Notes under the pieces: generated by a model | What the model saw: only the letters and a program-made list of their open reading frames with translations | Told to the model about the DNA's origin: nothing | The model's database searches: none | Origin: Octopus vulgaris | Lineage: Eukaryota | Direction: 5' to 3' | Assembly (NCBI GenBank): GCA_951406725.2 | Contig: OX597831.1 | Span: 26,102,001 to 26,166,000 of the forward strand | DNA: 64,000 nucleotides | Part shown: one piece after another, positions 53,641 through 64,000 of the stretch | Layout of the letters: each line of letters starts with the position of its first letter | How positions within the stretch are numbered: the first letter of the stretch is position 1 | Translations under genes and position numbers: made by a program

Positions 53641-54344
53641 TTTTTATTACAACCCAAACGATATGCATTCTGATATTTATTCTGAGGATCTCTCGATTCT
53701 AAGTATATGTACTGAAGTGAATTTTAGCCAAATTATATCAGCATGCCCCAATTATTGATTCCATTTAATTAAATTCATTTTTAGAATATCAGAATAAATC
53801 ATTACATAAGAAAAAAATATTTTCACTTGTCTCTTCCTCTTTATTTTCTTCAAGTTTGTTTTGTGTTTATTTACTACATTTCTACTAATTTCAGTTTTTC
53901 TCTCTCTGTGCATATTTGTATCATATGCATCATGTATACAGTTAGTTTTCTAACCACTGTGTGATAGTAAACAGACAGATTCGTTTTAGTGGCATCTCTA
54001 GAAAAAAAAAGACAGCCATGTGAGTGATCTACCTCATAACATGCTTGTTATCTTAAAAAATAAAAAAAAACTAGGTATTTGTTTGTTTTGTTAATGTTCG
54101 TGTGTTTTGTTAATGTACGAGTATCTTTTCATTTGATAACCTTTGGGTTAATTGTAGAAAAAGAAGAGAAAAATTATTAAATTTATTGAAAATTAATTAT
54201 AATGTTAATTATTTGCTATCTTATAAAGGTCACGGAGTGTGTGTCTGTTTTTCATTGTCTGCGGCAGTCAAAGTTCTGAAAATTATAATCACCCTCATAA
54301 TCATCTTCCTCCTACTTTTTAACTTCACCATCACCCTCCTCCTC

Positions 54345-54520
54345 CTCATCATCATCATCATATTCATCATCATCATATTCATCATCATCATATTCATCAG
54401 CAGCAGCAGCATATTTATCATCATCATCATCATCATCATAGTCATCATCATCATCATAGTCATCATCATCATCATAGTCATCATCATCATCATAGTCATC
54501 ATCATCATAGTCATCATCAA
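54345..54520. repeat. Imperfect (CAT)n; duplicate at 55586-55692
   Basis: Directly visible; source of poly-I/M/D ORFs. Confidence 0.9.
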
Positions 54521-55003
54521 CATTCATGATTCCATATTTTTTTTCCTTACGCATGCATGAGCTGAACATAACTTCATAATTGATTCCTTTCAGCTGTTCC
54601 TGTTGTTAGTCTTCTCCGAATGCATCATCCTTGGCACTCTCATTCCACGTCTTCCTTACCCTACTTAAACCAATAACCTGGATACCGTCTTTTACAAATT
54701 TACAACACCTGTTCATTCTTCGCATATTTCTTAGCGCTACATGATATTTCTCTCTTATTTAAGCAATACTTTGTCATTCCTAGTATTAACCATTCCCATG
54801 GCAGATACAACTTAATTCTATAAAATAGAAAGATGTGCATAAGAAAATATCCACTCATATAAATAATTCATAAGAATTGTTTGAATGGATCTCCTGGTAT
54901 CTTATGAGGACTTCAGAACGATACAAAACTACTTTCAAGTCTGTAGGTTTAAACTCAGAATTTAGTCAGCCAAATTTCCACTTCACCAATTATATATATA
55001 TAA

Positions 55004-55039
<36 letters not shown>

Positions 55040-55058
55040 GTGTGTGTGTATATATAAT

Positions 55059-55086
<28 letters not shown>

Positions 55087-55089
<3 letters not shown>

Positions 55090-55238
55090 CTATACAATAT
55101 GTTACATTACTCGGTAGTCAAGATAAAACTCTGAGTTTCAGGTGCCGAAGTCACACCTGTGGGGTGTTGTGGTTTCCACTTCGGCATCTGAAACTCAGTT
55201 TTATCTTGACTACCGTAATGTAACATATTGTATAGATA
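55087..55238. repeat. Inverted repeat (arms of about 60 bp) containing the GAAACTCAGAGT hammerhead 3' half
   Basis: TATCTATACAATATGTTACATTAC..GGTAGTCAAGATAAAACT versus its reverse complement at 55195-55238. Confidence 0.8.
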
Positions 55239-55909
55239 AATTTCCTCTATTTACATAATATTGAGGTCTCTTTCTTTCTTTTGTTATCTTACCGTTTTAT
55301 CAATATATATATATATATATATATATATAAGTATATGTGTATATATATAAGTATATGTGTTTATATATATATATGTGTGTGTATATATATATATATATAT
55401 AAGTATATGTGTATATATAGATATGTATATGTGTGTATATGTATATATATATATATATGTATATGTGTATATATATATATGTATGTGTGTATGTGTGTGT
55501 GTGTGTATACAGTCAAAGTTCTGAAAATTATAATCACCCTCATAATCATCATCCTCCTACTTTTTAACTTCACCATCACCGTCCTCATCATCATCATCAT
55601 TATCATCATCATCATCATTATCATCATCATCATATTCATCATCAGCAGCATATTTATCATCATCATTATCATCATCATAGTCATCATCATATATTCATGA
55701 TTCCATATTTTATATATATTACGCATGCATGAGCTGATACATATATTCATAATTGATTCCTTTCAGCTGTTCCTGTTGTTAGTCTTATTAGGAGATGAAA
55801 AGATCCTTGGCAAACTCTCATTCCACGTCTTCCTTATCTACTGGTGAAACCAATAACCTGGATACCGTCTTTATACAAATTTACAAGCAGCATAATAGTT
55901 GAGTCTACT

Positions 55910-56050
55910 TTAGGAACAATGCCAACAATTTTGAGGGGAAGGGGTTAGTTGATGCAGTTGACCATGATGCTTGACTGGTACATTATTTTAATCAACCCCA
56001 GAGGGATGAAAGGCAAAAATGACTTTAGCAGGATTTGAACTCAGAATGAA
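55910..56050 (-). mobile_element. SINE family C fragment
   Basis: CTGGTAC..TATTTTAATCAACCCC..GGATGAAAGGCAAA..TTTGAACTCAGAA. Confidence 0.65.
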
Positions 56051-56336
56051 AGACCTGTGAACAAAATATCCACTCATATAAACTAATTCATAAGAATTGT
56101 TTGAATGGATCTCCTGATCTTATGAATTATGCCAATCCACTGCCCTGAAAGAGCAGCCTGGTAATAACATAAGTCAATTAACATTGTATAATAGCATAAC
56201 TCTCATTTATTGTATTGCCTGTAATTACATCATCAATATCAGTTTTCCCCATAAATTAATATTCTCTTCCTATTTGTATTTGATTAGCAAAATTCTTAAT
56301 GTGAATTTGGGCATTGAAGCAAATTTTGTATCTTGT

Positions 56337-56618
56337 GAGGGTCATTATGCTAATAATAATATAACACATGCACTGGTTTAATATCACTTCTTTATTGTTA
56401 GTCAGTTGGTTGTTTAATGAACTGGTTAAACAACCAGTTGGTTGGTTGTTTACATCAAAATGACTTTGACTAACAAACAACTGGTTGATTGTTTAACCAG
56501 CACATTAAACAAGCAATCGATTAGTTATTTGGTGAGATATTTGACCAATTGACTAACAATAACGAAGTGATATTGAACCAGTGCATGTGTTATTATTATC
56601 ATTGGTATAACGATCCTC
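56337..56618. mobile_element. Foldback-type MITE with TIRs of about 75 bp
   Basis: ATAACACATGCACTGGTTTAATATCACTTC..TATTGTTAGTCA versus TGACTAACAATA..GAAGTGATATTGAACCAGTGCATGTGTTAT. Confidence 0.75.
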
Positions 56619-56912
56619 CCAAAAGAACATGAGTATTTTCTCTTTGATTAAAACGTCTTCTTGGATACTAAATAAAACTGGAAGAATTCTTTACATAAAC
56701 TATATGTCAGTGGTTTTTATATACTGTTTCTTCTTTTTAACTGTCTAATCTCTGTTTATGTTGGTTCTGCATATTTAGATATTCTATATGGATTTTTTTT
56801 TTTTTTCCCAACAACTCACTGTCAACCAGTAAATCAGATATTTTACAGACTGAAATATATTGAATGATATTCCTTGTCTAAGGGGCCAAGCTTCAAACTG
56901 GGGGTCTTAGAA

Positions 56913-57185
56913 ATCATCATCATCATCATCATCGTTTAACGTCCGCTTTCCATGCTGGCATGGGTTGGACGGTTTGACTGAGGACTGGTGAACCAGTTGG
57001 CTGCACCAGGCCCCAATCTGATCTGGCAGAATTTCTACAGCTTTTTTCCCTTCCTAATGCCAACCACTCTGAGAGTGTAGTGGGTGCTTTTACATGCCAC
57101 TGGCATGATGACCACTCAGGCGGTACTGGCAACGGCCACGCTCAAATGGTGTTTTTTATGTGCCACCTGAACAGGAGCCAGTCTG
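56913..57185 (-). mobile_element. Family B
   Basis: CAT tail plus core. Confidence 0.88.
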
Positions 57186-58350
57186 GTGGATATAAAAAAC
57201 ATTTTTTTTGTAATTAACACAGTGTATATAATTACAAGAAGGAAATAAAAAAATATTCTCTGAAATGAAACGCCATGAAAAATAATTGATCCATTAAGGG
57301 GTTAAATATATAAGTTAAAGGTATAATGAAAGTAATTAAGGGTGACCACAATAGATATATACAACAAACATGAGTGTGATTATAATCATTTTGTAAAATT
57401 AATTAATAATTATCATTCTCTTTTAAGCATTATTAAGTCTTCCCTAATATATGGCATTTGGAATCTATTATAACTCTTTCATTAGAATTGTTTTGTGTAT
57501 TTTGGGCTTTTTTTTTTTGTTGAAGTGCTTCTTTTTTGTTTAAAGATGATAAGGTGTAATTTTAGGGTAATTTTTCTGCCAAGGAGAGCCAGATTAAAGC
57601 CATCTGGTGCTCTAAGCACCACCCAACAATGATATATTGTCATTTCCATTGTCTAACAGATATATTAAGTGCTGATAGTGAAATGACAAACTAGAAATTC
57701 ACTTTTCTCTCATGCAATCTCCCATAGCTAAACACTAAGTAACAGTAAATACAAAAAAAAAGTTATGTTTAACTATTGCAATTAATGCAAATTATGAACA
57801 CTTTTTTATTAATTATTTTAAAAAAATTTTGTAATTAACCATTTGCACCATGATAAATCCAACACTGGGATATCTCTGTGATACTCTGTGGGGATAGCTC
57901 ATACTTATTTTCATTAATTATTCATACAGTTCTGCTGCTATATCTAGAGATCAAATAACTGAGTAGAGAAAGGAAATAGATTTCAAGAAGATATCATTGT
58001 GTGCGTGTGTGTGTGTGTGTGCGTGTGTGTGTGTGTGTGTGTGTATGTCCTTTATTTTTTCAAACCATCTGTCAGAACTGATGTATTTAGAATGATTTTT
58101 TTTTCTGTTGTATTGTTTAATGCATCTGTATTTTACACGAAGCTGAACACAGTTGCATTGATTATAGACTCTGGAAGAGACTGCAACCAAAAATTGCACA
58201 TCTGTATCTACATTTTCAATTGACATTGTACCCATGGATATGTCAAGCTTTAAGTACATTTGCGATTTTGATAAAAATTCCTAAACTTATTCAAATTTTA
58301 AGATTTTGACAAAATAATCTTTAATATTCATTGCTACAATTATTTCATCA

Positions 58351-58440
58351 CTTTTTCCTTTTCTTTTCTTTTCTAGGTAAGTGTTCATTTAACTTTTTTG
58401 GACTTTGGTCTTCTTATAATTTACAGTTTGAAAGGTAAGT
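58351..58440 (+). other. Recursive-splice-like site with a 58-nt exon (58377-58434)
   Basis: 24-nt pure pyrimidine tract, TAG|GTAAGT at 58374-58382, second donor AAG|GTAAGT at 58435. Confidence 0.55.
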
Positions 58441-58687
58441 CTTGTCTCCTGTTTATCTTAGAGGGGTGACTAAAGAAAAAAAAAAAACATCATCAAATGG
58501 AAATAAGTGAGAAAAACTATTATTCTTTCAAGTCAGAAAATATTTCATATTTTCATATATTTAAAACATTTGCAATATCCTTGATACTGTTTCATCTGGG
58601 AGACATACAATTTATGGTTTATAGTTGAGAGCTGTGTTGTTTGATCGTCTTATTTGCTTTGATTGGTTACCCTGCAAGGAATCTCTA

Positions 58688-59191
58688 CCATAAATCCTCG
58701 AGTATAATATGCAGGGGATTTTTAGGGGTTGTACCTCTGCAAAATCTAAACCTTGTGTATAATACGCACCCCTTCTCTGACTTGAGTCGTAAGTAATTAA
58801 GCCAGGAGCACCTAGTTGAACAAACACTTCCTCGCATGCGTAATACAATAATGGTGATGTTCTTAACTGTTATATGGGAATGTAAATATGTTTGCAAATT
58901 GTTTTTGTTACACGTTATTCTGTGTTCTGTATACTTTTATTTTAATAAATGTTGGTTACTGCAAGTTATGGATGATTCTATTATGACTTCATTGCGTTCA
59001 GGCTTAGCTTAAGGTATTTTCATGTCCAACATCACAAAATGCCTCTGAATAAACATTGCCAGACAGCAAATAGAGACTCGGACATTGCTCAGAAAATACT
59101 TTTCATTTTTAACCTCGTATATAGTACACACTAGGGATTTTGACCTTTAAATTTTGGGAAAAAAATACAGATTATACTCAAGGATTTACGG
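58688..59191. mobile_element. Tc2/pogo-type MITE
   Basis: TA TSDs and TIRs as in 51101-51594. Confidence 0.85.
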
Positions 59192-59486
59192 TATTATCTA
59201 ATGATAACCTTTTGGAATTGTCCTAGATATATCAATAGGTATGGATGGATGACAAGATTAATAAAGCATACCAGACTCACAGTAGTCATACAGGCACATC
59301 ATTGAGTGGACAGTCCTTGTTGTTACATGCAAAAGTCTCTCTGCCTAACAGTTTTAAATAGACCCTGTACTTCAGGAGTAAGCTTGAGAAAGCAAGGGAC
59401 TAGCAGACTAAACTGTAAAATGAACCAGCAGAAGGCAAGAGAAAATCCACAACCAGTTGTTATTTTAGAGGAATGCTTGCACAATA

Positions 59487-59684
59487 AATTCTCAGCATTC
59501 AGATTAATCTGTCAAATGTGATGTTTATTTAATCATGCATTATCTTGTAACTTTAAGATTTCAGTGATATGATTATTTTTAGAATGACATTGTAGAGTGG
59601 GTGTAAGGGATTGGATCTGGCTGGTTTGAACATAATTAAAATATTTAGGCCAGATATTGGCTGGTTTATATGCTGAAGGGTTAA
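59487..59684 (-). mobile_element. piggyBac-type MITE P2
   Basis: Ends TGCTGAAGGG|TTAA; body homologous to 52361. Confidence 0.7.
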
Positions 59685-60074
59685 AGTGTGGTTGGTGTAA
59701 TATTTGTAATATGGAGGTTACTGGTAATGTTCGCTGACTCTCTGGAAGTCTTTCCATGCTCAGATCTTTGTCTGCAGGTTTTGGCTTAGATGAGTCCAAT
59801 TAATAACATTAATCTCACTAATGTAGGAAGTTCTACAAGGCACTGCCTCTCTCTCCAGACCCAGCAAGTAAATAAATTGCTTGCTGCATTATATTGGTAA
59901 AGATATTGGTAAATAAATACCAACTAAAAACTAAAAAATACACAGTGCTTTAAAGAACACAAGAACACATCCTTGCTAATCTTGCCTTCATAAATAAAGT
60001 GAACAACATGTGGTCCAACTGGAATAAGTAACAGTAATATTTTGGCTAAATGTTTAGTTCACATTACTCTGTAA

Positions 60075-60296
60075 AGTGCTTTGGGTCAGTTTCTTGTTTT
60101 CCCTGGTGTATATATTCTTCCCTGGATGGGACGCCGATCTGTCACAGAATTACTCAATTTACCAGCTGAGTGAACTGAAGCAACATGGAATGAAGCGTTC
60201 CACTCAAGAACACAACATATTGCCCAAACCAGGAATTGAAGCAACAATCTTACTATCATGAATCCAATACCTCTAATCACTAAGCCATATTCCACC
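60075..60296 (-). mobile_element. SINE family D, diverged
   Basis: CCAGCTGAGTG..GCAACATGGAAT..CACTAAGCCAT. Confidence 0.65.
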
Positions 60297-60326
60297 ACAA
60301 ATGTCTTGGTTAATGAACTTTAACTA

Positions 60327-60555
60327 TCAACCCTTTAGCATTTAAACCGGCCATATCCGGCCAAAAGTATTCTGCCTGTTTTATGTTCAAAATGGCCAGA
60401 TCTGGTCTCTCGCACCAACCCTACAATATCGTTTTAAAAATTAACAGCTACCTCATCAAAATCTCATAGCTACAAGATAAGGCATGATTAGTTCAAAACA
60501 ATTAGGATAAAAAAGAATTAATTTTGGCAGAATAATGCGAACACTAAAGGGTTAA
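60327..60555 (+). mobile_element. piggyBac-type MITE P2
   Basis: TCAA|CCCTTTAGC...CTAAAGGG|TTAA. Confidence 0.85.
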
Positions 60556-60842
60556 ACAGTATTGCCACTGTGTCCAATTAGAAAACATTGATATTCACTA
60601 ATTTGAGAAAAAAGAGGAATAAGCCTTGAGCTCATTTGCCATTTTAATAAAATAATTTTAATTAAAATATTACAACATTTATTTTCATGTACTGCTATAA
60701 TTAGTTCACTAACTATTAATGTTGAAGATGGAGGTGCATATGACATAATTAATAGAAATAGTTTTAATATAGATACAAATCCAATACATGATCATGAATG
60801 ATGGATAAAATTTGTACTCTGTAATGTATCAACATCATAAGA

Positions 60843-61050
60843 CTGCTGGCAGAATTGTTAGCATGCCGGGCAAAATTATTAGCAGAATTTCGTCCGTCTT
60901 ACACTGTGAGTTCAAATTCCACCGAGGTCAACTTTGCCTTACATCTTTTCAATGTTGATAAAATAAATACCAGTTGGGTGCTGGAGTTAGTGTAATTGAC
61001 TTATCCCTTTCCCCCAAATTGCTGGCCTTGTGCCAAAATTTGAAACCAAT
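60843..61050 (+). mobile_element. SINE family C
   Basis: GCTGGCAGAATTGTTAGC...GAGTTCAAATTCC... Confidence 0.8.
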
Positions 61051-61197
61051 AATATAAGGCCACTAAGCTGTAGATAGGCACCACATCACAGAACAGCTGA
61101 GTAGAATTATTTCTGATATTAGCACAAACCCAGTACTTGTTCAGTAGAATGATGGACAAACGTAGTTAATTGGGTCAACAGTTTGTATAGTTAGTTA

Positions 61198-61585
61198 TTC
61201 ATCATCATCATCATTTAGCGTCCGTTTTCCATGCTAGCATCGGTTGGATGGTTCAACTGGGATCTGTGAAGCCAGAAGGCTGCATCAGGCCCAGTCTGAT
61301 CTGGCAGTGTTTCTACGGCTGGATGCCCTTCCTAACGCCAACCACTCCGCGAGTGTAGTGGGTGCTTTTTACGTGCCACTCGCACAGGCGCCAGATGCTG
61401 CTGGCAAATGGCCACGAACGGATGGTGCTTTTACGTGCCAGGCGAGGCTGGCAACGGACACGAACGGATGGTGCTTTTATGTGCCACCGGCACGGAGGCC
61501 AGTCGGGGCGGCACTGGCAACAGCCACGAACGGATGGTGCTTTTTACGTGCCACTGGCACAGGGGCCAGGCGAGGCTGGCAAATG
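61198..61585 (-). mobile_element. Family B, CpG-rich copy with triplicated internal module
   Basis: CACGAACGGATGGTGCTTTT occurs three times. Confidence 0.88.
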
Positions 61586-62859
61586 ACCACTAAGCTGTAG
61601 ATAGACAGCATATTAAAGTAATAAGCAGTAAGGGCCCTCAAAATTCAATGCTTCATTAGCTTGCCATACATTGAGGCAGGCCCATTGCCAGACTTTAGTG
61701 CCTGGGAGTGCTTCAGAATATTCTAGTTGGACTTTAATTTGTAATAATGCTAAAGTAGTATTTTCAAATAACTATATCACTGGTTAATCTGAGGGTGCAA
61801 CATTGACCAATGAGAAGGAAGTACTGTCCAGTGTACTGTCCAGTGTTCCTCCTTAGTGATGGGAATGTGTTGAGGTCTTCCTATGGCTAAAACTTGGAGA
61901 TTATGGGCTTTTTCTTTTTCCACTTGTCTGCTTGAAAACAGAGTCTTTAAAAGTGTTACTAGAACCTGATGAGGTAAAGGACTTCCAACTATGATATATT
62001 AATACAGATTCTCAATAAATGTGAGCTAAATTAGCTACACTGATATTTGAACTGTTTTTGATCATGCTATTTCTAGTATAAATCAATTTTTATATCTGAT
62101 GAAAGAAATGAGACAATGCAGGTACAAAAGTGGCAGTAACTAGGTGTACATATGCAAACAAACTTGAGCATTGTTTCACAAACTAAATATATTACACTAT
62201 ACTATGTTTATATAGGTACTTCTGAAAATATGAACTAGATAAAAATAGTGCCAAAGTGTAGTTGTAGCAAATACTTGAAATTCCAATTATGATCTTCTGA
62301 TGGTTATCATACCTGGTGTTACCTGTAGGCTATTGTTAATTGGAACTGGTAAAGGGTTGTAATCATTTCAAGACTTGTAGAAGAAATAGAGCTTCATTTA
62401 TTTCTTCCATAATCTCGAAATTACAGCAATATTTTTTACATGTTATACTTCATAATATTCTCTATATCGTATGAAAATCTTTATTACGTGTAGATTGCTG
62501 CATGCAAATAAGAAATAGAGAATGCTGTTCTTTATTATCAAAGCCTTTGTTTTTTTTTATGTTGTTCATTTTTCTTTTTTACACATTTAAACCATATCAC
62601 TGTATCATTCACATCAACTTTTATCAATGATTTGCATCTGTAGAACAGGTGCCCTACCATAATCTGTACAGTATTGATTAGTGATATATATATATATTTA
62701 TATATGTGGATGGATGGATACACACATATTTATATACACACACACATAAATATATATGTACAGATATATATGCATATATGCGTGTGTATATGTATATACT
62801 CCAGCATGGCCACAGTCAAATGATTGAAACAAATAACTGAATAAAGGAATATATATTTT

Positions 62860-62945
62860 TATATATGTGTGTGTGTATGTGTGTGTGTGTGTGTGTATGT
62901 GCATGTGTATGTATATATATATATATATATGTGTGTGTATGTATG

Positions 62946-63034
<89 letters not shown>

Positions 63035-63041
63035 ATGTATG

Positions 63042-63074
<33 letters not shown>

Positions 63075-63112
63075 GGGGAGAGATAGTTATATAGATAGAG
63101 AGAGAGAGAGAT
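62860..63112. repeat. Compound (TG)n/(TA)n/(AG)n microsatellite
   Basis: Directly visible. Confidence 0.95.
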
Positions 63113-64000
63113 GATAATGAAGATAAACACAACTAAGTTTTATATATATAAATTTGCATACATGCATACACACGTACTTATACACAGGTATATATATATA
63201 TATATAAGGATATTCAAAAGCTGAAAATATTGCAAAGATAAACACTTATGAGCAAGTATATAGATATTTATATATACTGACAAATAAATTTACATGGTGT
63301 ATAAAAGGTTCTGAAAGCTGAGGGGAGAAAGCTATGCACTCTCCCCTCAGTTTTTTTTTTGAATTTTCTATATTCCATGGAAATTTATTTATCAACGTAT
63401 ATAGAAATATCTATATACATAAGTGTTTATCATTTCAATATTTTTCAGTTTTTGTATATCCTTATATATATACCTACATGTGTATTATGTAAAGTTATAT
63501 GGGTACTGTATATAGTAATGCATGTGTTATTATATAGTATTGTATGTATTTTGTGTATTGTATATGTGTGCTGTGTATTGTACTGTGTGTCCTGTGTATA
63601 ATAAGGTGTACTGACTTCACAACCAAATGCTCTTCTTCCAAATGAAAACCTCCTGCAACTCATTAGATCCCTAAAGCACCGTGAAGACATTAATTTCAAG
63701 AAGTATATCAGAAGTAAATATATCGGATGAAGTTTGTTCCTTTCCAAACTTCTGGTTCTGAAGAACTAAAATCTTGCCTCAGCAGACAGAAGTAGTCCAG
63801 AATGTTTATATTATAAAAAGGAAAACAAAAATCAAAGTCCATCCCTGAATCATAGGCCCATAAAGTTGGTTTCTCAGATTCTATGATGTATACTGTTATC
63901 AAGTAAGATGTATTCTATTGTACTCAGAATATATAACTTTATAAAATGAATGAAGATTAATAAAGCATACCAGACTCACAGTAGTCATACAGGCATACCA

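Noticed and set aside
54186-54569. Poly-I, poly-M and poly-D ORFs resembling membrane or acidic biomineral proteins
   Set aside because: (CAT)n repeat is open in several frames on both strands; no supporting gene structure
63606-63730. 40-codon open frame VLTSQPNALLPNENLLQLIRSLKHRED...
   Set aside because: Poor acceptor (AAG, no pyrimidine tract) and no recognisable homology

Overview
AT-rich, microsatellite-dense eukaryotic DNA. The SINE families point to a coleoid cephalopod, most likely an octopus (inference). The window looks like the long intronic 5' part of a + strand gene, with no complete protein-coding gene; nearly all tracked ORFs are microsatellite translations. Repeats include many copies of four SINE-like families, TTAA-flanked piggyBac-type MITEs, hAT and Tc2/pogo-type MITEs, two non-autonomous Helitron-like elements, decayed mariner/maT/Tigger transposases, and CR1-like and Hero-like LINE 3' ends. 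Most notable: (1) small elements in or beside (TA)n tracts carrying minimal type I hammerhead ribozyme motifs with palindromic stem III, one nearly intact with a GUC site (40028-40107) and one duplicated as a 164-bp palindrome (49461-49624); (2) a polypyrimidine-AG|GTAAGT recursive-splice-like site followed by a 58-nt exon (58351-58440); (3) three candidate alternative first coding exons on +, all ending in phase 1; (4) patchy local duplications that may be assembly artefacts. All calls were made by eye and repeat boundaries are approximate.
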